This document shows, piece by piece, positions 46,207-55,867 of a stretch of 64,000 nt of DNA. Origin of the DNA: a virus (Duplodnaviria > Caudoviricetes); IMG/VR virus record IMGVR_UViG_3300038530_003085, positions 1 to 64,000 of that record; one strand, written 5' to 3'. The number at the start of each line of letters is the position of its first letter. The first letter of the stretch is position 1. The notes beneath the pieces were generated by a model that ran no database searches, had not been told where the DNA came from, and worked only from the letters and a program-made list of their open reading frames with translations. A program made the position numbers and the translations under genes.

Positions 46207-46470
46207 TTATTCTTTAATATTTGTCTTTAAAATGGTAACTTTTGATCTAGCAGAAAAGTAATTTACTTTTATGTCAAGCTCGCCTTTAAATATGTTTCTT
46301 AGTATTGTAACAGTTGGCTTAATTGATGAGTCATCAAGTCTAATAAAAACCCCAGAATTGCCCGTATTGCACAGTTTAAGCGCATCGCGGTGCGCGGCCT
46401 TAATTGACGAGTAAACGCCATACAGGCTATCATTATCGTCAAATAAACAATATATATTAATCTTTGTCAT
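46207..46470 (-). CDS. Hypothetical protein
   Basis: GVYSS..AA motif. Confidence 0.55.
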   Translation of the reverse strand: MTKINIYCLFDDNDSLYGVYSSIKAAHRDALKLCNTGNSGVFIRLDDSSIKPTVTILRNIFKGELDIKVNYFSARSKVTILKTNIKE

Positions 46471-46728
46471 TCAATTATTCTCTGAGAAAGGCAAATCAAT
46501 TAGATCAGTAATTTGGCAGGCATGTTCAATAAAGCAAATCTGCTCTTCAAGTTCTTTAATTAAGTCGGGGTCATCATTATTTTTAGCAATCTGCAATTGT
46601 ACAACAAGCTCTTGATGTTGCATCATAGTTTCATAGTATAGTTGAGAGAAGTACAGCGATGTGCCAAAATCATCAACCCTTTTTAGGACATCTGCGAAGG
46701 GCCCGCAGGAAAAACCAGTACTTTTCAT
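46471..46728 (-). CDS. Hypothetical protein
   Basis: AAGGAG SD. Confidence 0.55.
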   Translation of the reverse strand: MKSTGFSCGPFADVLKRVDDFGTSLYFSQLYYETMMQHQELVVQLQIAKNNDDPDLIKELEEQICFIEHACQITDLIDLPFSENN

Positions 46729-46749
46729 AACTAAACTCCTTTTAATTGT

Positions 46750-46986
46750 TTAACCACCACACCCCTTGCATCTTGAGCGGTAGTGTTCTTTGTGTTCATT
46801 TGGATCCATATCAATCTTTTTGAAATTATTAATTTTATCTTCAATATATCGGCCTTGTCCAAAGGCTCGAATCATATCATTGCTGCGGTTGAACGCCCCA
46901 CATAAAACAATTATTTGGCTGGGCTCATAAAGCAAATATTCGCCGGGGAAGACTTTACTACTCTCGTCAATACTAACAAACTTCAT
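46750..46986 (-). CDS. Hypothetical protein with C-terminal CxxC
   Basis: AAGGA SD. Confidence 0.55.
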   Translation of the reverse strand: MKFVSIDESSKVFPGEYLLYEPSQIIVLCGAFNRSNDMIRAFGQGRYIEDKINNFKKIDMDPNEHKEHYRSRCKGCGG

Positions 46987-47906
46987 TATTGATCCTTAAT
47001 AGTCATTTTATCATCATACGCTTTCTTTTTTAAATCATTCAAATAGCCGAGCGTGTCATTTCTTCTCAGTATTTTGAACGCAATATTTTCAACTGAGAAT
47101 TCCTGCTTAGGGCTTTCAAGTCCAGCACGACGCATATTCCTAATCTTCTCTTTTAGTCTATCGATATTTTTCAAAGCTGTGTTATATTTTTTAGCTGTGA
47201 TTAGGTTAGCAACTATATTAACTTGAAATTCAATATCTTGTGCTTTCATTTTGGCAGAAGGGAAATCAATACTGCTTCTGTATTTTTTTGGTCGTTTAAT
47301 CCAATCACCTTTTAAAAGAGAATAAACCCCGGATGACTTGTGCGATTCACCTTCATTTTCAACATATATCTCAACGTCATACCCCTTCATTGTAATATCA
47401 TGGTCATTATTCCACTTCATACGCGCATTGTCAAAAAATGATTTAACAAGATCTATATTTTCATCAACTTCTAAAAAATCAACAATAATATGTAAATCAA
47501 CATCAGAGTAGTTTGACCAATTGTAGTTAGCAAGTGAACCAGTCAAAGTAATGTCTTTAACGTTAACATCGATGGGCAGCCCATCAATAAAATTCAGTGC
47601 TATTTGAATTAATCTCTCGCGAATACGGGGGTTGATTTCTTCACCATCCCATATTTCAGGCTCAAGTGTTTCATTTGTATCGAAAGATGATGCTTCAACT
47701 TCCTCGCCCAATGCTCCAAAGCCCGGAGGCGCAGACTTTGATCTAGTGTCGGGCGGTTCTTCATCAAATGGTGCACCGCCTTGTCGTTGTGGGCCAGTCT
47801 GGGTGTACTTATTTCGGCCTTTCACATAGCCCTTGCGGACTTTCTTTTGATATGCTTCCACTTCGTGAATTGAGTCTACGAAGTCCTTCCAATTTGTTCC
47901 ATTCAT
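46986..47906 (-). CDS. Pol-beta-superfamily nucleotidyltransferase-like protein
   Basis: LTGSLANYNWSNYSDVDLH..VEIYV; ENIAFKILRR. Confidence 0.75.
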   Translation of the reverse strand: MNGTNWKDFVDSIHEVEAYQKKVRKGYVKGRNKYTQTGPQRQGGAPFDEEPPDTRSKSAPPGFGALGEEVEASSFDTNETLEPEIWDGEEINPRIRERLIQIALNFIDGLPIDVNVKDITLTGSLANYNWSNYSDVDLHIIVDFLEVDENIDLVKSFFDNARMKWNNDHDITMKGYDVEIYVENEGESHKSSGVYSLLKGDWIKRPKKYRSSIDFPSAKMKAQDIEFQVNIVANLITAKKYNTALKNIDRLKEKIRNMRRAGLESPKQEFSVENIAFKILRRNDTLGYLNDLKKKAYDDKMTIKDQ

Positions 47907-47918
47907 ACTATAATTAGT

Positions 47919-48593
47919 CTACCAACTACTAATTGCTACTCTTCGCCAAGTATCAGTAGCAATACAAATGTAAATATAATTTTGGTCATAACATATTTCG
48001 CCAGCTTCACCAAAAGTATTTGAGCTAGGAATTGTTCTTTGGCTTCTCAATCTGATAGTGTCGCCATCAATGTCAAGTATTTGGCTTGGTGACTTAGTAT
48101 TAATACCAACCTTATCATTAGCACCATCTACATAAATCATGTGAGTGTTGTTGTCAGACTCAACACGGAAATCCATCAGGGAAGTAGAGCCGTCATTAAT
48201 CACCACCTCTGGCGATGTAGACCCTTGAATATTTGAAGTGGCTCGTAACCTCAGCCCCTCTCTCAAAGTACCACCATCGCTAATCTCGAACACCATATGC
48301 TTATTGCTAGCTCGGTTCACAACCTTTAGGTTATCCGAATCATTGATAAATATTTCTGCCCGGTTCTGTCCACTCTCGGTAAACTTTATCTTAGGTTGTG
48401 TCCCATCAAGACTTAAAAGAGAATCAGGGGTTGTCGTTCCGATTCCAACATTAGAGCCGGAGACAACCAAAACAGCGGTTCCAGCAGCCTCAAGAGCGAT
48501 GTAATCGTCCTCAAAGTCAATCTCGGTGTTTGTGTCATCTTCAAATTGAAGATCTCCAACTTTGCGATTGCCTCTCGAATATTTGTATGTCAT
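47919..48593 (-). CDS. Tail-fibre-like structural protein
   Basis: NVGIGTTTP repeats; C-terminal GEICYDQNYIYICIATDTWRR. Confidence 0.65.
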   Translation of the reverse strand: MTYKYSRGNRKVGDLQFEDDTNTEIDFEDDYIALEAAGTAVLVVSGSNVGIGTTTPDSLLSLDGTQPKIKFTESGQNRAEIFINDSDNLKVVNRASNKHMVFEISDGGTLREGLRLRATSNIQGSTSPEVVINDGSTSLMDFRVESDNNTHMIYVDGANDKVGINTKSPSQILDIDGDTIRLRSQRTIPSSNTFGEAGEICYDQNYIYICIATDTWRRVAISSW

Positions 48594-48603
48594 AACTTAA
48601 TTC

Positions 48604-49815
48604 CTATAAAGGATAATATACATCGGCTGCCATCGCCATATTAGCAATACCATCAAAAATGTGCGGCACGGCATAGTTTGGAGAGGTTGGACCTTGTAAA
48701 GAATCTGATATTTTTACCCAAGTTTCAGCATTGTCTGTACTCTTAAAAATGTTTCCACCTCTGGTGCCAACCAACCAAGTAGTGCCATCAGTAGCGGAAC
48801 AGCGGATTGGTTTGGAGTTTCCACCTGCAAATTGAATGGTGTCCAAATTTGATATTGAGGTTCCGTTTACATCAAGAATTGCAATTCTTGAGGCTTTGTT
48901 CACGTTACTGTAAGGTTGAATCATTACCCTTCCATTGTATGCTCGGATAAAATGGGGAACTGCACCCACATCAACAAATGTGCCGGCATTACCAGTAATT
49001 ACTGTTTCGCTACTCCAAGTAGTAAAGTCTGTGCCAGAACAAGTCCTAACATTGTAGTTTCCACCATTAATATATGAAACAATCCAAGTGTTATTTGATT
49101 TATTATAGCCGATACCCACCCCTCTTACCATAGTAAATGGGGTAGATTTTGTGAAGCTCGCACCATCATCGGTGCTCAGATAGAAGCCGTCATCGTGAAC
49201 AAAAGCCCAAGTTCCAGAACCGTTTGATGCAATTGTGTGGACATCTTCACTAGAATCCCCAGACGGCACTGCAATAGCTTGCCAATTTTGTCCGCCGTCT
49301 CTACTTCTATAAACAGCCTGATCATTACTTTGCTCGCCAACAGCCATCCAAGTTCCGGCGGCCGCTCCACCAGAGTCAGCACCCCAGACTACATCAAAAA
49401 TCTGTACTTGATTACTGTTGGAGCCGGTTACATCTACTAAAGTCCAAGGGTTTACATCTGCAGCACTTGGTGGAGTACCGGCGACGACTTCGACAGCAGA
49501 GCCCGACTGGATAGCAAATTCATTAGTGGTGTGACTTACTTGTGCTGCTATATAAATACCATTACCGCTGGCATCTTTACCATATCCTAATGCACGAATA
49601 CCACGGGCGGTACGACTTTCAACACCCCATATGTTGTAGCCTCCAAGCCAATCATGAGCAGAATTATTAGTTGTGGCGGCTGTTATGGTGTCATTAGACA
49701 AATAGTAAAACTTACCTTGATTATCGCCGCTTCGACCAGATGTTACAGACCATCGTGTTGCACCAGTGCTTGGCTCTGTGTAGTCAATAGTTGTCCCTCT
49801 AAATTTGTAAGTCAT
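48604..49815 (-). CDS. BNR/Asp-box beta-propeller, putative receptor-binding protein
   Basis: SRDGGQNW, STDDGASF, STDNAETW. Confidence 0.7.
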   Translation of the reverse strand: MTYKFRGTTIDYTEPSTGATRWSVTSGRSGDNQGKFYYLSNDTITAATTNNSAHDWLGGYNIWGVESRTARGIRALGYGKDASGNGIYIAAQVSHTTNEFAIQSGSAVEVVAGTPPSAADVNPWTLVDVTGSNSNQVQIFDVVWGADSGGAAAGTWMAVGEQSNDQAVYRSRDGGQNWQAIAVPSGDSSEDVHTIASNGSGTWAFVHDDGFYLSTDDGASFTKSTPFTMVRGVGIGYNKSNNTWIVSYINGGNYNVRTCSGTDFTTWSSETVITGNAGTFVDVGAVPHFIRAYNGRVMIQPYSNVNKASRIAILDVNGTSISNLDTIQFAGGNSKPIRCSATDGTTWLVGTRGGNIFKSTDNAETWVKISDSLQGPTSPNYAVPHIFDGIANMAMAADVYYPL

Positions 49816-49827
49816 AATTCATTTTCC

Positions 49828-50970
49828 TTAATCAAGTGGTAAGAATACATCTGCCGCAACACCGCCCATACCACCATTTCCAAAACCAGTTATACCATTG
49901 GAAAGTCTAATCCAGTTTGCTGTATTGTCCGTGCTGATCCAAGTGTCTCCATCTCTAGCAGTGATCATCCACACATTCCCATCGGTGAATCCACTACAGA
50001 ATGTATCGGTAGTGCCCGTTAGTTGTTGGGTATCCATATTCGAGATCGTAGTGCCGTTAACATCGCAAGTCGCAACTCTGGATTTCTTGGAAGTATCTGT
50101 TGCTGATACAAACATAACTTTTCCATCGTATGCGACGACTCTCACTCTTCTACCAAAACTTGTGCCGATGTCTGATGAATGTCCCTCTACGGCACCGCCG
50201 GTGCCAGTTAGTGCCGTCTCCGCGCTCCAAGTGGTAAAATCCGTCCCAGAGCAAGACCTTGCATTTAGGACACCGCCGTTAGTGTATGAGACTATCCAAG
50301 TGTTGTTTGATGCATTGTAAGCAATGCCATTGCCTCTGACCATTGTAAACGGTGTTGATTTTGTAAAGCTTGCACCATCATCAGTGCTGAGGTAAAAACC
50401 GTCGTCGTGAACGAATGCCCAAGTGCCTGAGCCGTTTGATGCGATTTGGGGAATGTACTCGCCCGTATCGCCATTTGGCACTGCTACGGCCGACCAGTTT
50501 ACTCCACCGTCAGTGCTTCTATACACACGTGAGTGAGCGCCTGTACCAACTGCCATCCAAACACCTGCGGTAGCGCCGCTAGAGTGGGCTGCCCAGAGCA
50601 CATCGACAATTACAGCGATACCTCCCGTAGTGCTGATATTGATAGTCGTCCAATTAGCAGTGCTGGTGACATCGGTGCCGCTGCGGGCAAGCTCTTTGTT
50701 TCCATCGTTCGCGGCTGCAATGTAAATACCATCGCCATTTGAGTCTTTTCCATAGCCCAGAGCGAAAACATTTTCTTCGCTGCCAAAAGGTGTATAACTA
50801 CCACTCCAGCTATTAACAGTGCCAGTACTATGTCCACTTACTGTATCGTTATCAAGATACCAAAATCTACCGCCGTTGCTACCGCCGCCAATTACAGACC
50901 ATCGTGTAGCCCCAGCGCTGGGCTCCGTATAATCAATTGTTGTTCCTCTGAACTTGTAAGTCATTCTCAC
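49828..50970 (-). CDS. BNR/Asp-box beta-propeller, paralog of 48604-49815
   Basis: STDGGVNW, STDDGASF, STDNTANW; shared N-terminus. Confidence 0.7.
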   Translation of the reverse strand: MRMTYKFRGTTIDYTEPSAGATRWSVIGGGSNGGRFWYLDNDTVSGHSTGTVNSWSGSYTPFGSEENVFALGYGKDSNGDGIYIAAANDGNKELARSGTDVTSTANWTTINISTTGGIAVIVDVLWAAHSSGATAGVWMAVGTGAHSRVYRSTDGGVNWSAVAVPNGDTGEYIPQIASNGSGTWAFVHDDGFYLSTDDGASFTKSTPFTMVRGNGIAYNASNNTWIVSYTNGGVLNARSCSGTDFTTWSAETALTGTGGAVEGHSSDIGTSFGRRVRVVAYDGKVMFVSATDTSKKSRVATCDVNGTTISNMDTQQLTGTTDTFCSGFTDGNVWMITARDGDTWISTDNTANWIRLSNGITGFGNGGMGGVAADVFLPLD

Positions 50971-50987
50971 TATCTCCTTTGTGTATA

Positions 50988-51431
50988 TTAAATAGTTTGC
51001 TCTGTCTCAGATTCCGCAGAATTCTTAACTATTGAACCATCGGCTTTATGAACAATTTGTTCGCCATCTTCAAATGTAATAATTGTATTGTTTGTCGGAT
51101 GAGAACTAACGTGAATTTTAATAAAATCATCGAATGCATCAAAGAAAGCAATTGATCCCCTAGGGGCTGGCGTTAGCCAGTGTATAACCGTATGACCGGT
51201 GGCAAATGTTGCACCTTCTATCACAACACCTTCACCCGATATGCCTGTCTCGTCATTCTGCCGGCAGACTGTAAAGGTGCGGATGCCCTGCGGTGCTCGT
51301 TTAGATGGCTTCTTAGGTTTTAAATCTTCGGCTACGGTCGAAATCTCATCTTCGTCTCTGATTTCATCGGTGCTCATCATTATCCTCAGTTGTGGTTTGT
51401 TTGGAAAGTTTTTCTGTATCAATCCTTTCAT
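50988..51431 (-). CDS. Conserved hypothetical protein (start probably MSTDE)
   Basis: F...R..DETGISG.GVV.EG..F..G..V..W pattern. Confidence 0.6.
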   Translation of the reverse strand: MKGLIQKNFPNKPQLRIMMSTDEIRDEDEISTVAEDLKPKKPSKRAPQGIRTFTVCRQNDETGISGEGVVIEGATFATGHTVIHWLTPAPRGSIAFFDAFDDFIKIHVSSHPTNNTIITFEDGEQIVHKADGSIVKNSAESETEQTI

Positions 51432-51546
51432 TTATCATTGCCTTAAATATTTTAATACTGTTTTGGATTTCATTAACCTTAGTGTCCAAACTCTCAAGCT
51501 TATCAATCATAGTTGTATAGAAACATGGTATCTTATTTTCCGACAT
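51364..51546 (-). CDS. Small coiled-coil protein
   Basis: AAGGA SD. Confidence 0.45.
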   Translation of the reverse strand: MSENKIPCFYTTMIDKLESLDTKVNEIQNSIKIFKAMINERIDTEKLSKQTTTEDNDEHR

Positions 51547-52324
51547 TTGTTAATTCCTTTTTAGTAATCACAGACCAATCGACTTTGTATATAGGTACGA
51601 CAATCATTACATTTTCTAAAATCGCTGTTCCAAATTCGTTTTGTCCTACATCAATAGCCAGAATATAGCCCATTAATTTTCCTGATTGATCAAAAACACC
51701 AGAACCAGATGAGCCTGACCAAGCATACGATTGTATGTAAATTAGACCTTGAGAATCAAAACCCATTATATTACCAGCGACAGTCAGGGGACCAATTGAA
51801 TTTGGGTATCCTGTATATACAATTTTATTTAATAATGTTAATGACTTACTCCACCCATTATTGTTCTTTACGAAGTCTTTAGGATAAGTTAAAGGCTTTC
51901 TATTGGTTACATAATCCACCTCTAATATAGCATAATCGTTTTGCTTGTCAATGACAATTTCATCAAAGCAATCAAAAAGCTCGCCATCGGACTCAATTTG
52001 TATTGTTTCGCAACCACCAAGTAAGCCGTGTGAAGTAGTGATAACATAATTTGTATTATCATAAACAAAAAATGTTCCGCTAGAAGTGGATATCATACCG
52101 CCATCGATATCAAGCGACATCACTCTAACTGAACTGGTTCGTGATTTTTTAATTGATTTTACACTATTGACATTTCTAGCATCAGAAATTTTCGATATTG
52201 TACTTAAGTCACGAACTGGCAACTGATTACTAACATATTGTCCATATACAACAAGATGAGTTAAGAATGCAGCGATAGTAGCAATTACAAAACAACCTAA
52301 TACATTCTTTAACATACTACTCAT
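51533..52324 (-). CDS. Membrane-anchored trypsin-like serine protease
   Basis: N-terminal TM; ITTSH, DYAIL, GSSGSG. Confidence 0.8.
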   Translation of the reverse strand: MSSMLKNVLGCFVIATIAAFLTHLVVYGQYVSNQLPVRDLSTISKISDARNVNSVKSIKKSRTSSVRVMSLDIDGGMISTSSGTFFVYDNTNYVITTSHGLLGGCETIQIESDGELFDCFDEIVIDKQNDYAILEVDYVTNRKPLTYPKDFVKNNNGWSKSLTLLNKIVYTGYPNSIGPLTVAGNIMGFDSQGLIYIQSYAWSGSSGSGVFDQSGKLMGYILAIDVGQNEFGTAILENVMIVVPIYKVDWSVITKKELTNVGK

Positions 52325-52326
52325 AA

Positions 52327-55300
52327 TTAAACTTGCGCCTGATAACTAAAAAATACTGGCACTTCATCAAGACCAGATTTCTTAGCGAACCAAACAATAT
52401 CTTCATTGCCTGTTATTTTTGCACGACCATTTTTACCAATCGAGAAGTAAACAGGATTTTGTGCACCATATTCAATAAAGTTTTGATACATACCATCAAA
52501 TGCATCTTTAGGCGCTCTAAATTCCCTACCGATATATGGCAATAACTCCTCTACTGGTACCATAACATGATACGAACTGTCATTAGTATTCATTGGCCGG
52601 TCATAACCCATCACTCCGCCTTCAACCCAATCGTCGATGACTTGCTGAAGCATTTTGCGAGGCGTTGGCATAGGTGCAGCTTGAGGCATTCTAGCAAATC
52701 CAAGACCTGTCGCAACACCACCAAAATTTGATATACCACCACCAGTGGCGGCGCCTGCTCCATACTCTTTAAGAGTCTTAGGCTTATCTGCGAGTTCAGC
52801 CTTACCAATGCGAAGTATGCGAAGCCCTTTAATTTTCATAAGGCCCGGAATCAAAACATTTTTACGATATTCTTCTCTTGAAACACTGCCCAACAATTCA
52901 AACTTGATTTGATATGTTGCAACTTGACTTGTACCAACATCTCGGCTATCCCCGATTGCCCTGACAGTGGTAACACCTTCAATACCTCTAATCTCTGTTT
53001 GTGTTTGCTGTACTTCTCCACCAACATTTTTTTGTATTGATAGATCAGCCCTAATTGAATAAATTCTTAAATCATAGTTTGGATCTCTTTCATTCAGCAG
53101 CCTATCAATCCTGTTAATCTGATCCTCAACTGATTCGCTCATAGGCTTACCAGTCGCTCTGTGTTCTAATTTTCTCACAAGATAATCAAATCGCTTGGGC
53201 TTGCCATCTTCATCGATTGAAGTTATATCGGTGCTGAACATATTAAAGTTTCCGCGAGCCATTGGAACAAGGAATCTCGTAACCAATACATACCTTTCAT
53301 ACTCACTCATATTTGCATAGTTGCTCTCAAACCAATCCAACATCAACGGTCCTCGCTCCCGTATGAGTTCCGCAATTCGATTCGATAAAGGGATGAATGC
53401 ACCCGGGGCTCGGTCCAACACCATTTGCATTTGAGACTTCGATTTGTTAATGAGGGCTTGCACATCTTGATTACTCGTCACTCGACTTTTTCTTAGCTCA
53501 AGCTTCTTGATAAACTCGTCAACATAAAACTTGATTGTCTCGTTGGCTGCTTTGACAACCAGTTGTGGGTTCTCGTTCAAGTAGGAAGCGATGTCTTTAA
53601 TGACTCCCACTTCATCAGCACCTGACTTCGGACCAACTCGCATACGATACAGCCAAGCGATTCTAAATGTTGGAAACTCTTCAGGGCTGGATACATCGTA
53701 TTTAACCGATGGCAACACCACAAAGTCAGTGTCATCTGCGAGCAACTTAGCAGCCTCTTGAGGTTTTACATAATCTGGACCAAAGTCAAAATCTTGTTGT
53801 CCTTTTGCTTTTGTTGCCATTGCTTCTCTGACGGCATTGTTAAGTTTGGCGGCGAATGCATTCGCAATTGATGGATCCATAATGCCCTGCATATTTGCAT
53901 AGCCGTATCGTTTACCATACCCAAATATCTCTATCAAGATTTGCATAGGGTCTGATGTTCCGCCAACAACATTTCCTGTTCCCATAGCATACAAAAAAGT
54001 AGATGTTGGTAATTTTTGCGGGTAGTAATGGAGTGGCTGTCTATCGTCTGCGAGCCAATCAAACTCAAGACCGCCGCCCATATCTTTAACATGCCACTTG
54101 TCAAGATCAGTTAAGTTAATTAAGTCTTGCTTGTCTCTATCATATCTTGTCTTCTCGATGTAATCTTCTGCGGCGAGTGCTTGCCTGATAGTTTCGATAG
54201 ACTCAGGTGCGACATCACTTTCAAATTCAAGCATAGAGTCAGCCCAGTCATCATACTCTCTGACCTCGCCGTCTTCGTCAGCATAGGTTGTTTCATAATT
54301 CATTAATCGAACACGAAGGTGTGCAGTTGCTGGGTAACTTGGATCAAAGTCTTCGTCATCTGGCTGGGCTGCCACAAGCATTACTACGTCATATTCATAA
54401 TCGGCTTGGTCGCCGGGGAGTTCATTAGCCATATCGTCTAGCCCAATCTCAGACGCGAAGCGGGATCGTTCGGAATATGAACCACCGGGGATATCCTCAA
54501 GTTCTAGTGGCTCATCAGAATCAGGTCCAGCCATTGGTCTAAACATTCCGTCCCTGCTTTCAACACCGGGCCAACCGAGATTAATTGTAAACTCATAATC
54601 TGCGGACATATTCACATACACGGTGTCGCCGCCATCATAAGTTTCTGGTATATCATAACCTATGGATGCTCTTTCAAGTTCATCACGGTTATCGTAGAAT
54701 CTGTCATCTACATTCCGACAGTATTCTTCGGCTGCTTCGGCGGTCGCTTCCGGTCCTGCCGTGGTTCTGGCACCGGTCTGACTAGCCAAATATTGCACCA
54801 TCTCTCGAAGACCTTCTTCATCTTGCGAGTGTTGGCCAGTTTCACGGATCTCTTCTATGCCCATATTTTCAACAAACCAAACAATGTGATCCCAAGTTTC
54901 CTCTGGTGGTGCCAAGTTTTCTCTGCCTTTGATTTGGTAGATAACATTATCACCGGCTGCGATTGTCACATAAGATGATGGGTCTCTTCTTTTTGATTGT
55001 TGCTTGCGAAGCGAATACAAAGAACCTTCTGGTGTATCGCCACAGTGTCCCATACGACTTGCTTCTATTGAACAGTTGGATGTCTGCAAGTCATACCAAT
55101 ACGAGCCGTCATCAAACTCGTGTAAAACTTGCTCAGGGTTTTCTCTATCTAGGAAGTATTGCTGTGCGTAAGCGTTTGCTTCGCGGAGGCTGTCCTGATC
55201 TTTGATGAGTTCATAATTGGTCGGGTCATCATTAAGAAATGCGATCAATTGATCGTATCGATTCCACCACATATCAAAGTTATCTTGGTAGAAGTTGGCA

Positions 55301-55824
55301 AGGTATTCTTTTGTGCTCTCGACTTTTTCGCTTGGGATGCCTGCTTTGCTTAGTGCCTTGATGCCCTTCATAAATGCTTTCCGCCAAGTTCCCATTGGCT
55401 TACCGACTGCATTACGGAGATTGATAAGGACAAAACTAACTTGTTCAGATTGCTTGATTCTCTCGTCATCGTATGCCACTCGCGGAGCATTAGTGCCCTT
55501 GTTTATATCAAACGGCTCTACCGTTCTCGCCACAGGGTCAGCCATTCTTTTTGTAGGATCTTCTAACTGAACATAATCGCCATAATCATCGATCAACTTG
55601 GTGACCAATACATACTTTAAATTGTTTGGTGTAAAGGCGCCTCGCATAGAGCCAACTGATTTCTTCCAGTTGTTGCCAATGTACATCTTTGCTTTCTCGG
55701 ATGCATTTGGCATTGCCTCTTCAATCCGATCAATAACAAACTCAGGCAAACCGATGTCTCGTATGCCCTCCGTCAATACTTCTTCGCGAAGATACTCAAA
55801 CCAATTGCCTGTAGAAATATCCAT
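52327..55824 (-). CDS. 1165-aa mosaic protein with PcfJ-like domain and degenerate ParB-like C-terminus
   Basis: EASRMGHCG..YSLR..IYQIKGREN; NPVYF..ITGNED..AKKSGLDEVPV. Confidence 0.6.
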   Translation of the reverse strand: MDISTGNWFEYLREEVLTEGIRDIGLPEFVIDRIEEAMPNASEKAKMYIGNNWKKSVGSMRGAFTPNNLKYVLVTKLIDDYGDYVQLEDPTKRMADPVARTVEPFDINKGTNAPRVAYDDERIKQSEQVSFVLINLRNAVGKPMGTWRKAFMKGIKALSKAGIPSEKVESTKEYLANFYQDNFDMWWNRYDQLIAFLNDDPTNYELIKDQDSLREANAYAQQYFLDRENPEQVLHEFDDGSYWYDLQTSNCSIEASRMGHCGDTPEGSLYSLRKQQSKRRDPSSYVTIAAGDNVIYQIKGRENLAPPEETWDHIVWFVENMGIEEIRETGQHSQDEEGLREMVQYLASQTGARTTAGPEATAEAAEEYCRNVDDRFYDNRDELERASIGYDIPETYDGGDTVYVNMSADYEFTINLGWPGVESRDGMFRPMAGPDSDEPLELEDIPGGSYSERSRFASEIGLDDMANELPGDQADYEYDVVMLVAAQPDDEDFDPSYPATAHLRVRLMNYETTYADEDGEVREYDDWADSMLEFESDVAPESIETIRQALAAEDYIEKTRYDRDKQDLINLTDLDKWHVKDMGGGLEFDWLADDRQPLHYYPQKLPTSTFLYAMGTGNVVGGTSDPMQILIEIFGYGKRYGYANMQGIMDPSIANAFAAKLNNAVREAMATKAKGQQDFDFGPDYVKPQEAAKLLADDTDFVVLPSVKYDVSSPEEFPTFRIAWLYRMRVGPKSGADEVGVIKDIASYLNENPQLVVKAANETIKFYVDEFIKKLELRKSRVTSNQDVQALINKSKSQMQMVLDRAPGAFIPLSNRIAELIRERGPLMLDWFESNYANMSEYERYVLVTRFLVPMARGNFNMFSTDITSIDEDGKPKRFDYLVRKLEHRATGKPMSESVEDQINRIDRLLNERDPNYDLRIYSIRADLSIQKNVGGEVQQTQTEIRGIEGVTTVRAIGDSRDVGTSQVATYQIKFELLGSVSREEYRKNVLIPGLMKIKGLRILRIGKAELADKPKTLKEYGAGAATGGGISNFGGVATGLGFARMPQAAPMPTPRKMLQQVIDDWVEGGVMGYDRPMNTNDSSYHVMVPVEELLPYIGREFRAPKDAFDGMYQNFIEYGAQNPVYFSIGKNGRAKITGNEDIVWFAKKSGLDEVPVFFSYQAQV

Positions 55825-55867
55825 TTATTTTAACTCCAACAATATAAATAGTTGTTTTTGACAGTAT

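Noticed and set aside
48604-50970. Diversity-generating retroelement behind the paralog pair
   Set aside because: No reverse transcriptase in the window; differences in the shared blocks are synonymous and not adenine-specific
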